DNA from: Candidatus Dojkabacteria bacterium
GTDB lineage: Bacteria; Patescibacteriota; Dojkabacteria; SC72
Assembly: GCA_016182915.1 (NCBI GenBank)
Contig: JACPFP010000002.1
Coordinates: 155,188 to 219,187 of the forward strand
Direction of reading: 5' to 3'
DNA length: 64,000 nucleotides
The notes under the pieces are model-generated. The model did not search any database. It worked only from the letters and a program-made list of their open reading frames with translations, and was not told the origin of the DNA. This document shows positions 1-8,766 of the stretch, piece after piece; position 1 is the first letter of the stretch; each line of letters opens with the position of its first letter. The position numbers were made by a program, and so were the translations under genes.

Positions 1-827
1 ACCTCAGTATAGTCCCCTGAGACTTTAGCCTCTGAAAATATAGTTGAGAGTCTTTCAGTTATAAGTTTGAGAAGATTTAGGGAGTGACCTACCCCAGAGA
101 TAGCTTTTGAGTCAGTATAATCTAAGAAGATTCTGTAGTTTGAAGGTATGTACAATCCTACCTTACCCTCCTTTGAGACAGTTACGTTGTAATCTGAACA
201 GCTAGTAGAACAGACCTTTAATAGAACATTCTCCCCTTTTCTCTCTGTCACATACTCTCTAAATTCGTAAGAATACTTTAGTTCTTTCCCGTCAATTGAG
301 ACTATAGTTCCAGAATTTGGTAGCTGAGCCTGCTGAGCCATTCCATCCTTTGCAACCTCTGAGTATTTAACATCCCCTTTCCTTTCGAGTGAAATCTTAC
401 CTACCACTGGCTTAAATGTCCTTGCCTGTTCCCCTAACTCCCATTTATATGAAGAGGATATAATAAACCCGTAGTATATTGATATTGCAAAGATAAGGTT
501 CATTGTTACTCCGGCAAGAAGAATAACCACCTGTTTCCATCTGCCGATATTCTTAAAATTCCTCGGATTTTTCGTTTCGCTACTATCAAGAACCTCATCT
601 CCTTCTCCCAATATCTTTACATAGCCTCCGAGAGGAAACATATTTATTCTATACTCAGTTTCTCCAATTGTTTTTCCAAATATTTTCGGTCCCAAACCTA
701 TTGCAAATGCCTCTACCTTTACCTTGAAATATTTAGCACTGAGAAAATGACCGAGCTCATGAATAGTTACTAGAAAGCCAATAATTAATAGCACTATAAT
801 TATATTCACAAGAATTTCAACCATCAT
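1..827 (-). CDS. rseP: RIP metalloprotease RseP (M50), runs off the left edge of the window
   Basis: Manual translation MMVEILVNIIIVLLIIGFLVTIHELGHFLSAKYFKVKVEAFAIGLGPKIFG...PLGGYVKI shows the HExGH and PLGGYV motifs; lies downstream of frr. Not in the ORF track because it is partial. Confidence 0.9.
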   Translation of the reverse strand, partial: MMVEILVNIIIVLLIIGFLVTIHELGHFLSAKYFKVKVEAFAIGLGPKIFGKTIGETEYRINMFPLGGYVKILGEGDEVLDSSETKNPRNFKNIGRWKQVVILLAGVTMNLIFAISIYYGFIISSSYKWELGEQARTFKPVVGKISLERKGDVKYSEVAKDGMAQQAQLPNSGTIVSIDGKELKYSYEFREYVTERKGENVLLKVCSTSCSDYNVTVSKEGKVGLYIPSNYRIFLDYTDSKAISGVGHSLNLLKLITERLSTIFSEAKVSGDYTE

Positions 828-861
828 GATACGCAATTATTTTAATATAAGGGTTTATAGA

Positions 862-1407
862 CTATACAGTCATAAGTTCAGATTCCTTCTTCTCTCTAAT
901 CTCCTCGATTCTCTCATTCGTCTTCTTTACAATCTTCTCCGCCTCTTCTTTAGCTCTTTTTCCCTCATCCTGAGAAACCCCAGACGAAACCATAGCTTCG
1001 GTATTTTGCATAAATTCATGCCTTACATTTCGAACAGCAATTCTTCCTGTTTCAATCTTTTCCTTCATTACACGTACGAACTCCTTCCTTCTCTCTTCAT
1101 TCAACTCAGGAATCCTAACTCGAACATAATCACCTTCAATTGAGGGTTGGAACCCTAGATTAGAGGCACTAACTCCCTTTTCAATACTTTCAACTAAAGA
1201 CTTATCCCATGGCTGTATCAGCAATGATCTGCTGTCTGAGACCGAAATATTAGCAACTGATTTCATATTGGAAATTCCACCGTATGCGTTTACCTTTATA
1301 TCCTCAACAAGTTCAGGAGTTGCACGTCCAGTATGAATCTGGGAGAGATCAGCTTGAAGTTTCTCAATACATTTATCTAGGTTTGTTTGAAATTCATTCA
1401 AATCCAT
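862..1407 (-). CDS. frr: Ribosome recycling factor
   Basis: TGRATP, IQPWD, PELNEERRKE, RIAVRNVR motifs; rpsB-tsf-frr synteny. Confidence 0.97.
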   Translation of the reverse strand: MDLNEFQTNLDKCIEKLQADLSQIHTGRATPELVEDIKVNAYGGISNMKSVANISVSDSRSLLIQPWDKSLVESIEKGVSASNLGFQPSIEGDYVRVRIPELNEERRKEFVRVMKEKIETGRIAVRNVRHEFMQNTEAMVSSGVSQDEGKRAKEEAEKIVKKTNERIEEIREKKESELMTV

Positions 1408-1469
1408 AATGCTAATACATAAACTTATTAGAAAATTATACCATCAATTTTAAGGAATAACAGAGTGTA

Positions 1470-2183
1470 CTACTTACCTAACTCCCAAATCATTATTCTT
1501 CTGATTGTGAGAGGTTCACCAAGTTTCTGGATATTCTCATCCAGAAGAGATTGAATAGTTTTTGATTCATCTTTAAACCACTTCTGTTCAAGAAGGCAAT
1601 GCTCACTATAGAATTTTGCAAATTTTCCTTCAGAGATTTTATCCCACATATTTTCTGGTTTTCCTTCCTCTTTAAGCTCTCGTGCAAAGAGTTCTTTAAG
1701 TTCATCTTTCTTCTCCTGAGGAACCTGATCCTTTGATACATACTGTGGTTTCATCGCTGCAACTTGTAGGGCAACTTCATGTACGAAAGATTTGAACTCG
1801 TCGTTTCTCGCAACAAAATCTGTCTTACATGCAACCTCAACAACAGACATAAGCCTTTTATCTAGTCCATGTACATACGCGTCTATCATTCCTTCAACCT
1901 TTTCTGAAGTATCATTACCTACTGGATCGTTCCAACCTCTCTCATTGATTATTGCGACGGCCTTCTCAAAATCATTACCTGCATCTTCAAGGGCTAATTT
2001 ACAAAGCCCAATCTTTGCTCCTGTGAGGTTCCTTAATCTACTGACAACATCACTCTTGGAGTTTATATATTCAACAGCCTTCTGCATATCTCCTCCTGCA
2101 CTTTCCAAGGCTTCTTTACACAGTCCCATTCCAGCAGAGGTCTTTGCTCTTAGCGCTTTAATATCGTCAAGTGTGTATGACAT
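1470..2183 (-). CDS. tsf: Elongation factor Ts (short type, duplicated N-terminal UBA-like domain)
   Basis: LRAKTSAGMGLCKEAL, EVACKTDFVARN, GKPENMWDKISEGK; directly downstream of rpsB. Confidence 0.95.
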   Translation of the reverse strand: MSYTLDDIKALRAKTSAGMGLCKEALESAGGDMQKAVEYINSKSDVVSRLRNLTGAKIGLCKLALEDAGNDFEKAVAIINERGWNDPVGNDTSEKVEGMIDAYVHGLDKRLMSVVEVACKTDFVARNDEFKSFVHEVALQVAAMKPQYVSKDQVPQEKKDELKELFARELKEEGKPENMWDKISEGKFAKFYSEHCLLEQKWFKDESKTIQSLLDENIQKLGEPLTIRRIMIWELGK

Positions 2184-2217
2184 TAGATGTATATAATAAA
2201 AGTTATGTAAAAGTCTC

Positions 2218-3111
2218 TTACTTAGCCTTGCTTACAACTCTAACGGTTCTTGTTGAAGCTTCGTCTATTGACTTACCCTCTTTAAGAGCCTTAATTCTCT
2301 CTCTCTCCTGTTCTTCCATAAGTCTCTTCTTCTCAACATCTGCGGCATATGCCTCAGCCATTTTAAGAAGTTTGTTCTCTTCTTCCTTTCTTAATGTGAG
2401 GAGTGACTTAGCTCTGATTCCTTCCTTAATAGCAAGACCAAACATCTTTATGAAAAGGGAGATACTCTTGATTGAATCATCATTAGCAGGGACTGGGAAT
2501 GTAACGAGTTTTGGATCACTGTTTGTATCGATAAGAGAAACAATTGGCATTCCAACATTCTTAGCTTCTTTAACTGCATTCTTCTCCAACTTACTGTCAA
2601 TAACAACCATTAATGTTGGAAGTTTATCCATGAATTTGATTCCACTGTAGATCTTGTTTAGTCTTTCAACATCTCTCTTCATAAGTAGCTGCTCTTTCTT
2701 AACTAGCCCTTCTCCACCTGATGCTAATGTTTCTTCCATTGAGACTAGCTTATCGACACTCTTCTTGATTGCTTTAAAGTTTGTAAAAAGTCCACCTGGC
2801 CATCTTTTATTAATGTAGAAAGCTCCACTCTCTTCTGCCATTACCTGTACTAGAGAAGCTGCCTGTCCTTTTGTTCCGACAACTAGAATATTTCCTGTAT
2901 CAGAAGCAGACTTGATTGCAGTTAAAGCTTTCTTTAACTGTGTAAGGGTAGAGATTAGGTCAATGATATGTACCCCATTTCTTTGGGCATATATAAATGG
3001 TTTCATTTTTGGATTCCAGGCACTGGTCTTATGACCGAAGTGTACTCCTGCAGCTAAAAGCTCATCGAGAGATGGGAGTGTAAACTCCACTGTTTTTGTA
3101 GGTTCTTGCAT
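2218..3111 (-). CDS. rpsB: 30S ribosomal protein S2
   Basis: LLAAGVHFGH, WNPKM, RWPGGLFTN, DTNSDP, PANDDS. Confidence 0.98.
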   Translation of the reverse strand: MQEPTKTVEFTLPSLDELLAAGVHFGHKTSAWNPKMKPFIYAQRNGVHIIDLISTLTQLKKALTAIKSASDTGNILVVGTKGQAASLVQVMAEESGAFYINKRWPGGLFTNFKAIKKSVDKLVSMEETLASGGEGLVKKEQLLMKRDVERLNKIYSGIKFMDKLPTLMVVIDSKLEKNAVKEAKNVGMPIVSLIDTNSDPKLVTFPVPANDDSIKSISLFIKMFGLAIKEGIRAKSLLTLRKEEENKLLKMAEAYAADVEKKRLMEEQERERIKALKEGKSIDEASTRTVRVVSKAK

Positions 3112-3119
3112 AATTTTTG

Positions 3120-3186
3120 TTCCTTTCCTTATACACCTATCTCATAAAGGGAAGATCATTCCCAGGAAAAGGTATGAGATATGTGA
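3120..3186 (-). promoter_or_regulatory. Putative rpsB leader (S2 autoregulatory RNA)
   Basis: Minus-strand helix TATCTCATA/TATGAGATA encloses a GGGAA/TTCCC hairpin; CCTTTTCCT could pseudoknot with AGGAAAGG just before the start; TGGTATTAT extended -10 upstream. Confidence 0.6.
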
Positions 3187-3341
3187 GCTAAATAAATATA
3201 TTAATTACAGGGAGGATAATACCAGAAATGGGGCATCGTCACAAGAGTATGGAGATCTAATTGTTAATCTAACACTATACCCGCAATCAGTTATAGGATA
3301 GCATTATATATCTCAATTACGGAAGCTTTTGGCATTAGGTA

Positions 3342-4376
3342 TTAATTCTTAACTACCTTCGCCTCCTCATAGTGTTCACGAATAATCTCTTCTACCTGCT
3401 TCATAGCATCCTCAATGCTCTGGGCTTTAATCGTAAAGCCTGCTCCAGTTACATGCCCGCCACCCTTTAGATACTTGGCTAAGATTGTGCAATCAACGGT
3501 ATCTAACTTTGATCTGAAAGATCCGGTATACGTAACGCCATCACTAAACGTTTCATCTGGAGCTAATGTATAGCAGAAATCAACCCCAAATATGCAGTTA
3601 AGAACCTGATCTACGTAATATCTTCTCGCCTTTTTATAGTTATGTACACTCATCTTACCTTTCATCTCCTGGTTATATTCATCCATTGTTATATATGCCC
3701 GTGCATGCTTTTCTCCGTACGACACATGCTGCCCAAACTTCGACATCACAACCAGATCCATATTTGTAAATCCAAAAAGCCTGTCACTAATATCCCTTAT
3801 GTTATATCCCCTATCCAAAAGATCCGCGAAGACTTCAAAAGTATCTCGGTAACCGTCCATTTTATAGTAGAAACGATAGGTATCACCAATAACCCCAGTC
3901 ATATATGTTTCTTCCCACCCTTCGTAAGTTTTCCAACCCTCCCTCTTAACGAGAACTTCGTAAATTACATCTGCACATGAGAATCTCTCCTCTCTTACAT
4001 AGAAATCAAAGTCCTTATCCCCCATTGAGTGATGATCAAACATTGCTGATTTCCTCCCTTTCAGTAGCTTAATAAGCTCATCAGTGGAGTATGTAAACCT
4101 ATCTAAACGATTACCGTCTACAAGGGCGACTAGTTCTGCTTCGTTCTCCTTAACTTTCTCTAAAATACCTCCATACTGAATCTCACTAAACCCTTTTAAG
4201 TAATTTAGGTTATCAAACGGCTCCTCTGAATCAATAACCATAGTTACTTTTACATTTGGATAGTTTTCTTTGATTAGATTACCCAAAAAAAGAACTGAGG
4301 CATATGCGTCAAAATCTGGGGTTTGATGACCAGCAATAAGAACACTTTTAACTTGGGATACTAAATCCTTAAACAT
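3342..4376 (-). CDS. DHH family phosphoesterase (NrnA-like oligoribonuclease/pAp phosphatase)
   Basis: GHQTPDFDA, LVD, FDHH, GDT, SFRS and GGGH motifs. Confidence 0.9.
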   Translation of the reverse strand: MFKDLVSQVKSVLIAGHQTPDFDAYASVLFLGNLIKENYPNVKVTMVIDSEEPFDNLNYLKGFSEIQYGGILEKVKENEAELVALVDGNRLDRFTYSTDELIKLLKGRKSAMFDHHSMGDKDFDFYVREERFSCADVIYEVLVKREGWKTYEGWEETYMTGVIGDTYRFYYKMDGYRDTFEVFADLLDRGYNIRDISDRLFGFTNMDLVVMSKFGQHVSYGEKHARAYITMDEYNQEMKGKMSVHNYKKARRYYVDQVLNCIFGVDFCYTLAPDETFSDGVTYTGSFRSKLDTVDCTILAKYLKGGGHVTGAGFTIKAQSIEDAMKQVEEIIREHYEEAKVVKN

Positions 4377-4446
4377 TTAATGGCAACGATTTAAGTTATG
4401 ACGGTAAATATACTCTAAAAAGAGGAGAAAAAGAAGTGAGGATACA

Positions 4447-5172
4447 CTAGTATCCCATCTCCTGGATAATTTCTGAGAAGTCATTGATTACGAAGTCCGG
4501 AACAACCCTTATTTGCATATCCTGCCCCATTGGATTACCATCCTCTGGTGGGTCAAACATACCCGCTCTTATACCTACTAACTGGGCTCCTCTGATATCA
4601 TTTTTATAGTTATTCCCCAACATTATAGTTTCTTTAGCCTCAACCTCTAACTTTGATATAGCAAGGGTGAAGAGAGCACCGAAAGGTTTCTCGAAGATTA
4701 CCTCTTCAGAAGCAAATATCTGGTCTAGGTACGGTATTAGACCTGCAGCCTTAACCTTTTTAATTCTCAGCCCCAGAGCACCATCTGAGATAACCGATAT
4801 CTTTACTCCATGTTCCCGAAGGGTCTTTAATGTACTTTTAACGTTATCGTAAACGACAATATGCTCAAGAAAGTACTGCCAATACATATCTTCAACATCA
4901 GGCAGAATTGAAAGATCATATACTTTAACAACCTCATCCAAAGCCATTCTGAATACAAGAATTCTACTGTGTCTTGTATGAACACTTGGAAAACTTCTCT
5001 GAATAATCATCTCTTTATCCATTACTGTATTAAAGAAGGTTTTCTCATCGAGTGAAAATCTTTTGGTTAGATGCTTTGTAACATGCAAAAGCGCCTTGTC
5101 ATAGAGAGTATTACTTTTAATCAGGGTATCGTCTAAATCTAGGAGTAATGCTTTGTATTTCTTGGTTTTCAT
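4447..5172 (-). CDS. HAD-superfamily hydrolase
   Basis: DLDDTL motif I, EKP motif III, GNNYKNDI motif IV. Confidence 0.88.
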   Translation of the reverse strand: MKTKKYKALLLDLDDTLIKSNTLYDKALLHVTKHLTKRFSLDEKTFFNTVMDKEMIIQRSFPSVHTRHSRILVFRMALDEVVKVYDLSILPDVEDMYWQYFLEHIVVYDNVKSTLKTLREHGVKISVISDGALGLRIKKVKAAGLIPYLDQIFASEEVIFEKPFGALFTLAISKLEVEAKETIMLGNNYKNDIRGAQLVGIRAGMFDPPEDGNPMGQDMQIRVVPDFVINDFSEIIQEMGY

Positions 5173-5217
5173 AATGGCAGTTTCTGTAAATTATGGGCAA
5201 ATCTGGTATATCATACA

Positions 5218-5850
5218 CTATATTTCCACCCTACTCCAACCGTTTTCGCTAATAACCAGATGATCTAGAAGTACAAGACCCACAATATCGAAACTTTTTT
5301 TGAGGTTTTTTGTAAATTCGATATCCTCATTACTCGGAGTGTGGTCTCCGGAAGGATGATTATGTGCAATAACTATAAACGCACAGTTCTGAGTAAGGGC
5401 TGGGAAGATAATATCCCTGGGTTTAACAGATATCCTGCTTAAACCACCGATCGCAATTGTCTGTTTTTTGAGAATCTCGTATCTCGCATTTAAAAATATG
5501 GCAACGAAGTGTTCCTTCTTGTATTTACTGATGTAACTGAGGATGTTCCACGCTTCCTGAGTGTTGATAACTCTGGTCTTCTTATCCTTATGTAGATTAT
5601 ATATTCTCACACCAAGCTCTATACCTGCCAAGATCTGCATCGCTTTCACCCTACCTACTCCCTTCACACTTTGTATTTCTAGGAAAGGATTTAGTCCTTG
5701 TGAAACAGAATGCTCAAGTGATGCTTCAACCCTCCTTGCAACCGTTCTAAAGTTATACCCTTTAACTCCATTTGACAGTATAATAGCAATCAAATCTTGA
5801 TTACTTAAAGCTCGAACTCCTCTCATTTGAAACTTCTCTCTAGGTTGCAT
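5218..5850 (-). CDS. radC: RadC family JAB-domain protein
   Basis: PREK N-terminus, HhH GVGRVKA, HNHPSGDHTPSNED, LLDHLVI. Confidence 0.93.
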   Translation of the reverse strand: MQPREKFQMRGVRALSNQDLIAIILSNGVKGYNFRTVARRVEASLEHSVSQGLNPFLEIQSVKGVGRVKAMQILAGIELGVRIYNLHKDKKTRVINTQEAWNILSYISKYKKEHFVAIFLNARYEILKKQTIAIGGLSRISVKPRDIIFPALTQNCAFIVIAHNHPSGDHTPSNEDIEFTKNLKKSFDIVGLVLLDHLVISENGWSRVEI

Positions 5851-5884
5851 AGAGAAATTGTACAGGACGAAGATGAAATATTTC

Positions 5885-7975
5885 TTAACTTTCCTTTTTC
5901 GCCTTCTTTATATACTTACACTTAGGGTATGCACTACACCCGGTAAATGTTTTTCCCCACCTTCCTTTTCTTTCAACCAGATTACTACCACATTCAGGAC
6001 ATTTCTCAAGAAGTCTTAATGGCAAAGCCGTTTTACACTTAGGATAATCGATACATGCCCAATATCTACCAAACTTACCGTTCTTAATAATCATATCCTT
6101 ACCACATGTTGCGCATTTATCCTCTTTAACATACTTATTCTCATCTAGTACAAAGTCATCACTCTCAAGATTCTTCATACCTTTACACTCAGGGAAGTTC
6201 GAGCAGCTAAGGAACTTACCGAATCTACCAAGCTTAACAACCATATCAGATCCACACTCAGGACATTTCTCGTCGGACTTCTCTAAAACGACAATGTCTT
6301 CCTTCTTAACTTCCTTATCAATTCTTTCAATATCGGCCATCAGTGGCTTATACTCTTGATCTATGAATGGCTCATATTTTACCTTACCTAAAGCAATTCC
6401 ATCCAATCCATCTTCAACCTTAGCTGTGTATTTATAGTCAACCATCCTTGTAAAATGGCTTACTAAAAATCCATTCACAATCATACCTATATCTGTAGGA
6501 GCAAGCTTCTTCTCGATCTTAACTACATATCCCCTATCCATGATTGTGCTTATTGTAGTGGCATATGTAGAAGGTCTCCCTACTCCCAATAGTTCAAGCT
6601 GTTTTACAAGAGTCGCCTCTGTATATCTTGATTTCGGTTCTGTAAATTTCTGCAAAGGCGTTACCTCTTTCTTATCAAGTAGATCTCCCTGCTCAATCTT
6701 GCTAATCTCCTGAACATCCTCATCTTCCTTACCGTACTTCACATTCCAAAGCTTTTTGAATCCTTCAAAAGTACAGTTCTGAGCCTTAACATTGAATGTA
6801 TACTTCTCTTTCATCCCCTCAGGAGAGGCATCGATATTGTAGGTGTCGTAGAGGGCTGGTGACATCTGAGAAGCTAATGCTCTATTTCTTATAAGGTCGT
6901 AGAGCTTCTTCTCCTGAGCCTCAGCGTCTCCAAGCGCTGCACTTGATTTACTTATATCTGTAGGTCTAATTGCTTCGTGAGCTTCCTGAGCCAACTTACT
7001 ACTCTTCTTAAAGTAGTTTGGAGTTGCAGGAACGTAGCTATCTCCAAAACTCTTACTTATATAACCTCTAAAGGCATCAATTGCGTCCTTACTTAAGTTC
7101 ACAGAGTCTGTTCTCATGTATGTAATGTGCCCTTTCTGATACAAACCTTGAGCTAGTGCCATAGTTTTCTTTGCTGAGTATCCAAGATGGTTGTTTCCAG
7201 CCTGCTGTAGGGTTGAAGTTGTAAATGGAGGTGGTGCACTAGCGACCCTTTTTCCTTTCTTAACGGCCTCAATTGAATATTTAGGCGAATTAATATCTTG
7301 TAGTATTTCTTCTATTTGAGCTGAGTTATTTGCTTTGAATGTTTTACCGTTTACCTTTACAAGTTTGAACCTCACAACATCCCCATTCTGTGTAATCAGG
7401 TCAACATAAACTTCCCAATACTCCTGGGGAATGAAGGATGTAATTTCACTTTCTCGTTCGGCAATAAGTCTGAGGGCAACTGACTGAACTCTTCCTGCAG
7501 ATAGTCCATAACGGATCTTTTTCCAAAGCAGACCTGATACCTTATATCCTACCAATCTATCTAGTACTCTTCTGGCAAACTGAGCTGTAACGAGATCCAT
7601 ATCGACAACTCTTGGTGAGTTTATAGACTTAAGTACTGCATCTTTTGTAATCTCGTTGAAGGTAATTCTCTTTGGATCTTTAAGCTTTAAAGCCTGTGCA
7701 GCATGGTATGCGATAGCCTCTCCCTCACGGTCAGGGTCCATGGCTAGGTATACCGAACCATCTTTAGGAACTTCTTTCCTTAGCTTTGTAAGTAGGGTTC
7801 CCTTCCCCTTTATAGTTACAAAATCAGGCTTATATCCGTTATCTACATCAACCGCAAGTTTATTTTTAGGCAAATCTATAACATGTCCAAGGGTAGCAAA
7901 TACTTTATATTCTTTCCCAAGATACTTCTCAATTGTTTTTGCTTTTGCAGGTGACTCTACAAGTACTAAGTTCAT
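5885..7975 (-). CDS. topA: DNA topoisomerase I
   Basis: VESPAKAKTI, DPDREGEAI, SAGRVQS, ITYMRTDS, C-terminal zinc ribbons. Confidence 0.98.
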   Translation of the reverse strand: MNLVLVESPAKAKTIEKYLGKEYKVFATLGHVIDLPKNKLAVDVDNGYKPDFVTIKGKGTLLTKLRKEVPKDGSVYLAMDPDREGEAIAYHAAQALKLKDPKRITFNEITKDAVLKSINSPRVVDMDLVTAQFARRVLDRLVGYKVSGLLWKKIRYGLSAGRVQSVALRLIAERESEITSFIPQEYWEVYVDLITQNGDVVRFKLVKVNGKTFKANNSAQIEEILQDINSPKYSIEAVKKGKRVASAPPPFTTSTLQQAGNNHLGYSAKKTMALAQGLYQKGHITYMRTDSVNLSKDAIDAFRGYISKSFGDSYVPATPNYFKKSSKLAQEAHEAIRPTDISKSSAALGDAEAQEKKLYDLIRNRALASQMSPALYDTYNIDASPEGMKEKYTFNVKAQNCTFEGFKKLWNVKYGKEDEDVQEISKIEQGDLLDKKEVTPLQKFTEPKSRYTEATLVKQLELLGVGRPSTYATTISTIMDRGYVVKIEKKLAPTDIGMIVNGFLVSHFTRMVDYKYTAKVEDGLDGIALGKVKYEPFIDQEYKPLMADIERIDKEVKKEDIVVLEKSDEKCPECGSDMVVKLGRFGKFLSCSNFPECKGMKNLESDDFVLDENKYVKEDKCATCGKDMIIKNGKFGRYWACIDYPKCKTALPLRLLEKCPECGSNLVERKGRWGKTFTGCSAYPKCKYIKKAKKES

Positions 7976-8023
7976 TTAGTTAGGTATAAAAATTAGCCTT
8001 TATCACGATCAAATTGATTTATA

Positions 8024-8731
8024 TTATACACCACGACTACAAATGTCCAATATTTCATATAAATAGTTAATTGAACTATAACCAGATTTCAAGAGTAAAA
8101 CATTACCACCATATCCTCTATCGAGGAGGTTAATTTTATCGTTTACATAGACCCTTCTTCCTAGTTTCCCTGCGTAGTGAACAGTACTCATGGTTCCACT
8201 TCTAATATCACCTTTGAACATAATTAACAGGTGGCACATAGAAGAGATAACCCAGTTTCTCTGTAGGAACATTTTCTTCTGCAATACAATCGTGTCGGGA
8301 TATAACCATAGGTATAAGATATTTGGCTGAGATTCTTCAGTGTTACAAGATCTAAGTTTTTTAAATGGGGTGACAACTACAACCTTCCCCTTATACTTAA
8401 TAATCGAATTTAAAGCTACATTATCTACCCCTCTCGCTCCACCAATAATGAAAATAATCCTATTCCCTGTTCTCTCAATCAATCTTCTAATTGTATCTGT
8501 AACTAACTCTTCCACATGTATATCTAATACCCTAGAACCTGTAATACATATATATAAATCTCTTTCATTGACCAGCAGATCTAAATTACCTGATATATAT
8601 ATTTCATTCGGAGGCTTTGGAATAGCAAGGATTCGTTTAGGATATATGTTGGAGGTCGAGGATATAATTTGGATTCCGTTATTAAAGATAGACGCATCCT
8701 CCCACAGCCCGAAATTGAAAAGATTATTCAT
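8024..8731 (-). CDS. dprA: DNA-processing protein DprA (short, divergent)
   Basis: TGSR, GGARGVD, FLQRNWVIS, SGTMST motifs; dprA-topA synteny. Confidence 0.8.
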   Translation of the reverse strand: MNNLFNFGLWEDASIFNNGIQIISSTSNIYPKRILAIPKPPNEIYISGNLDLLVNERDLYICITGSRVLDIHVEELVTDTIRRLIERTGNRIIFIIGGARGVDNVALNSIIKYKGKVVVVTPFKKLRSCNTEESQPNILYLWLYPDTIVLQKKMFLQRNWVISSMCHLLIMFKGDIRSGTMSTVHYAGKLGRRVYVNDKINLLDRGYGGNVLLLKSGYSSINYLYEILDICSRGV

Positions 8732-8766
8732 GAGAATAATTATACAGTGGGGAAATGAACTTTTCG

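Noticed and set aside
1408-1469. Absence of pyrH between tsf and frr
   Set aside because: Expected in reduced genomes, and the gene may lie elsewhere; not informative from this window
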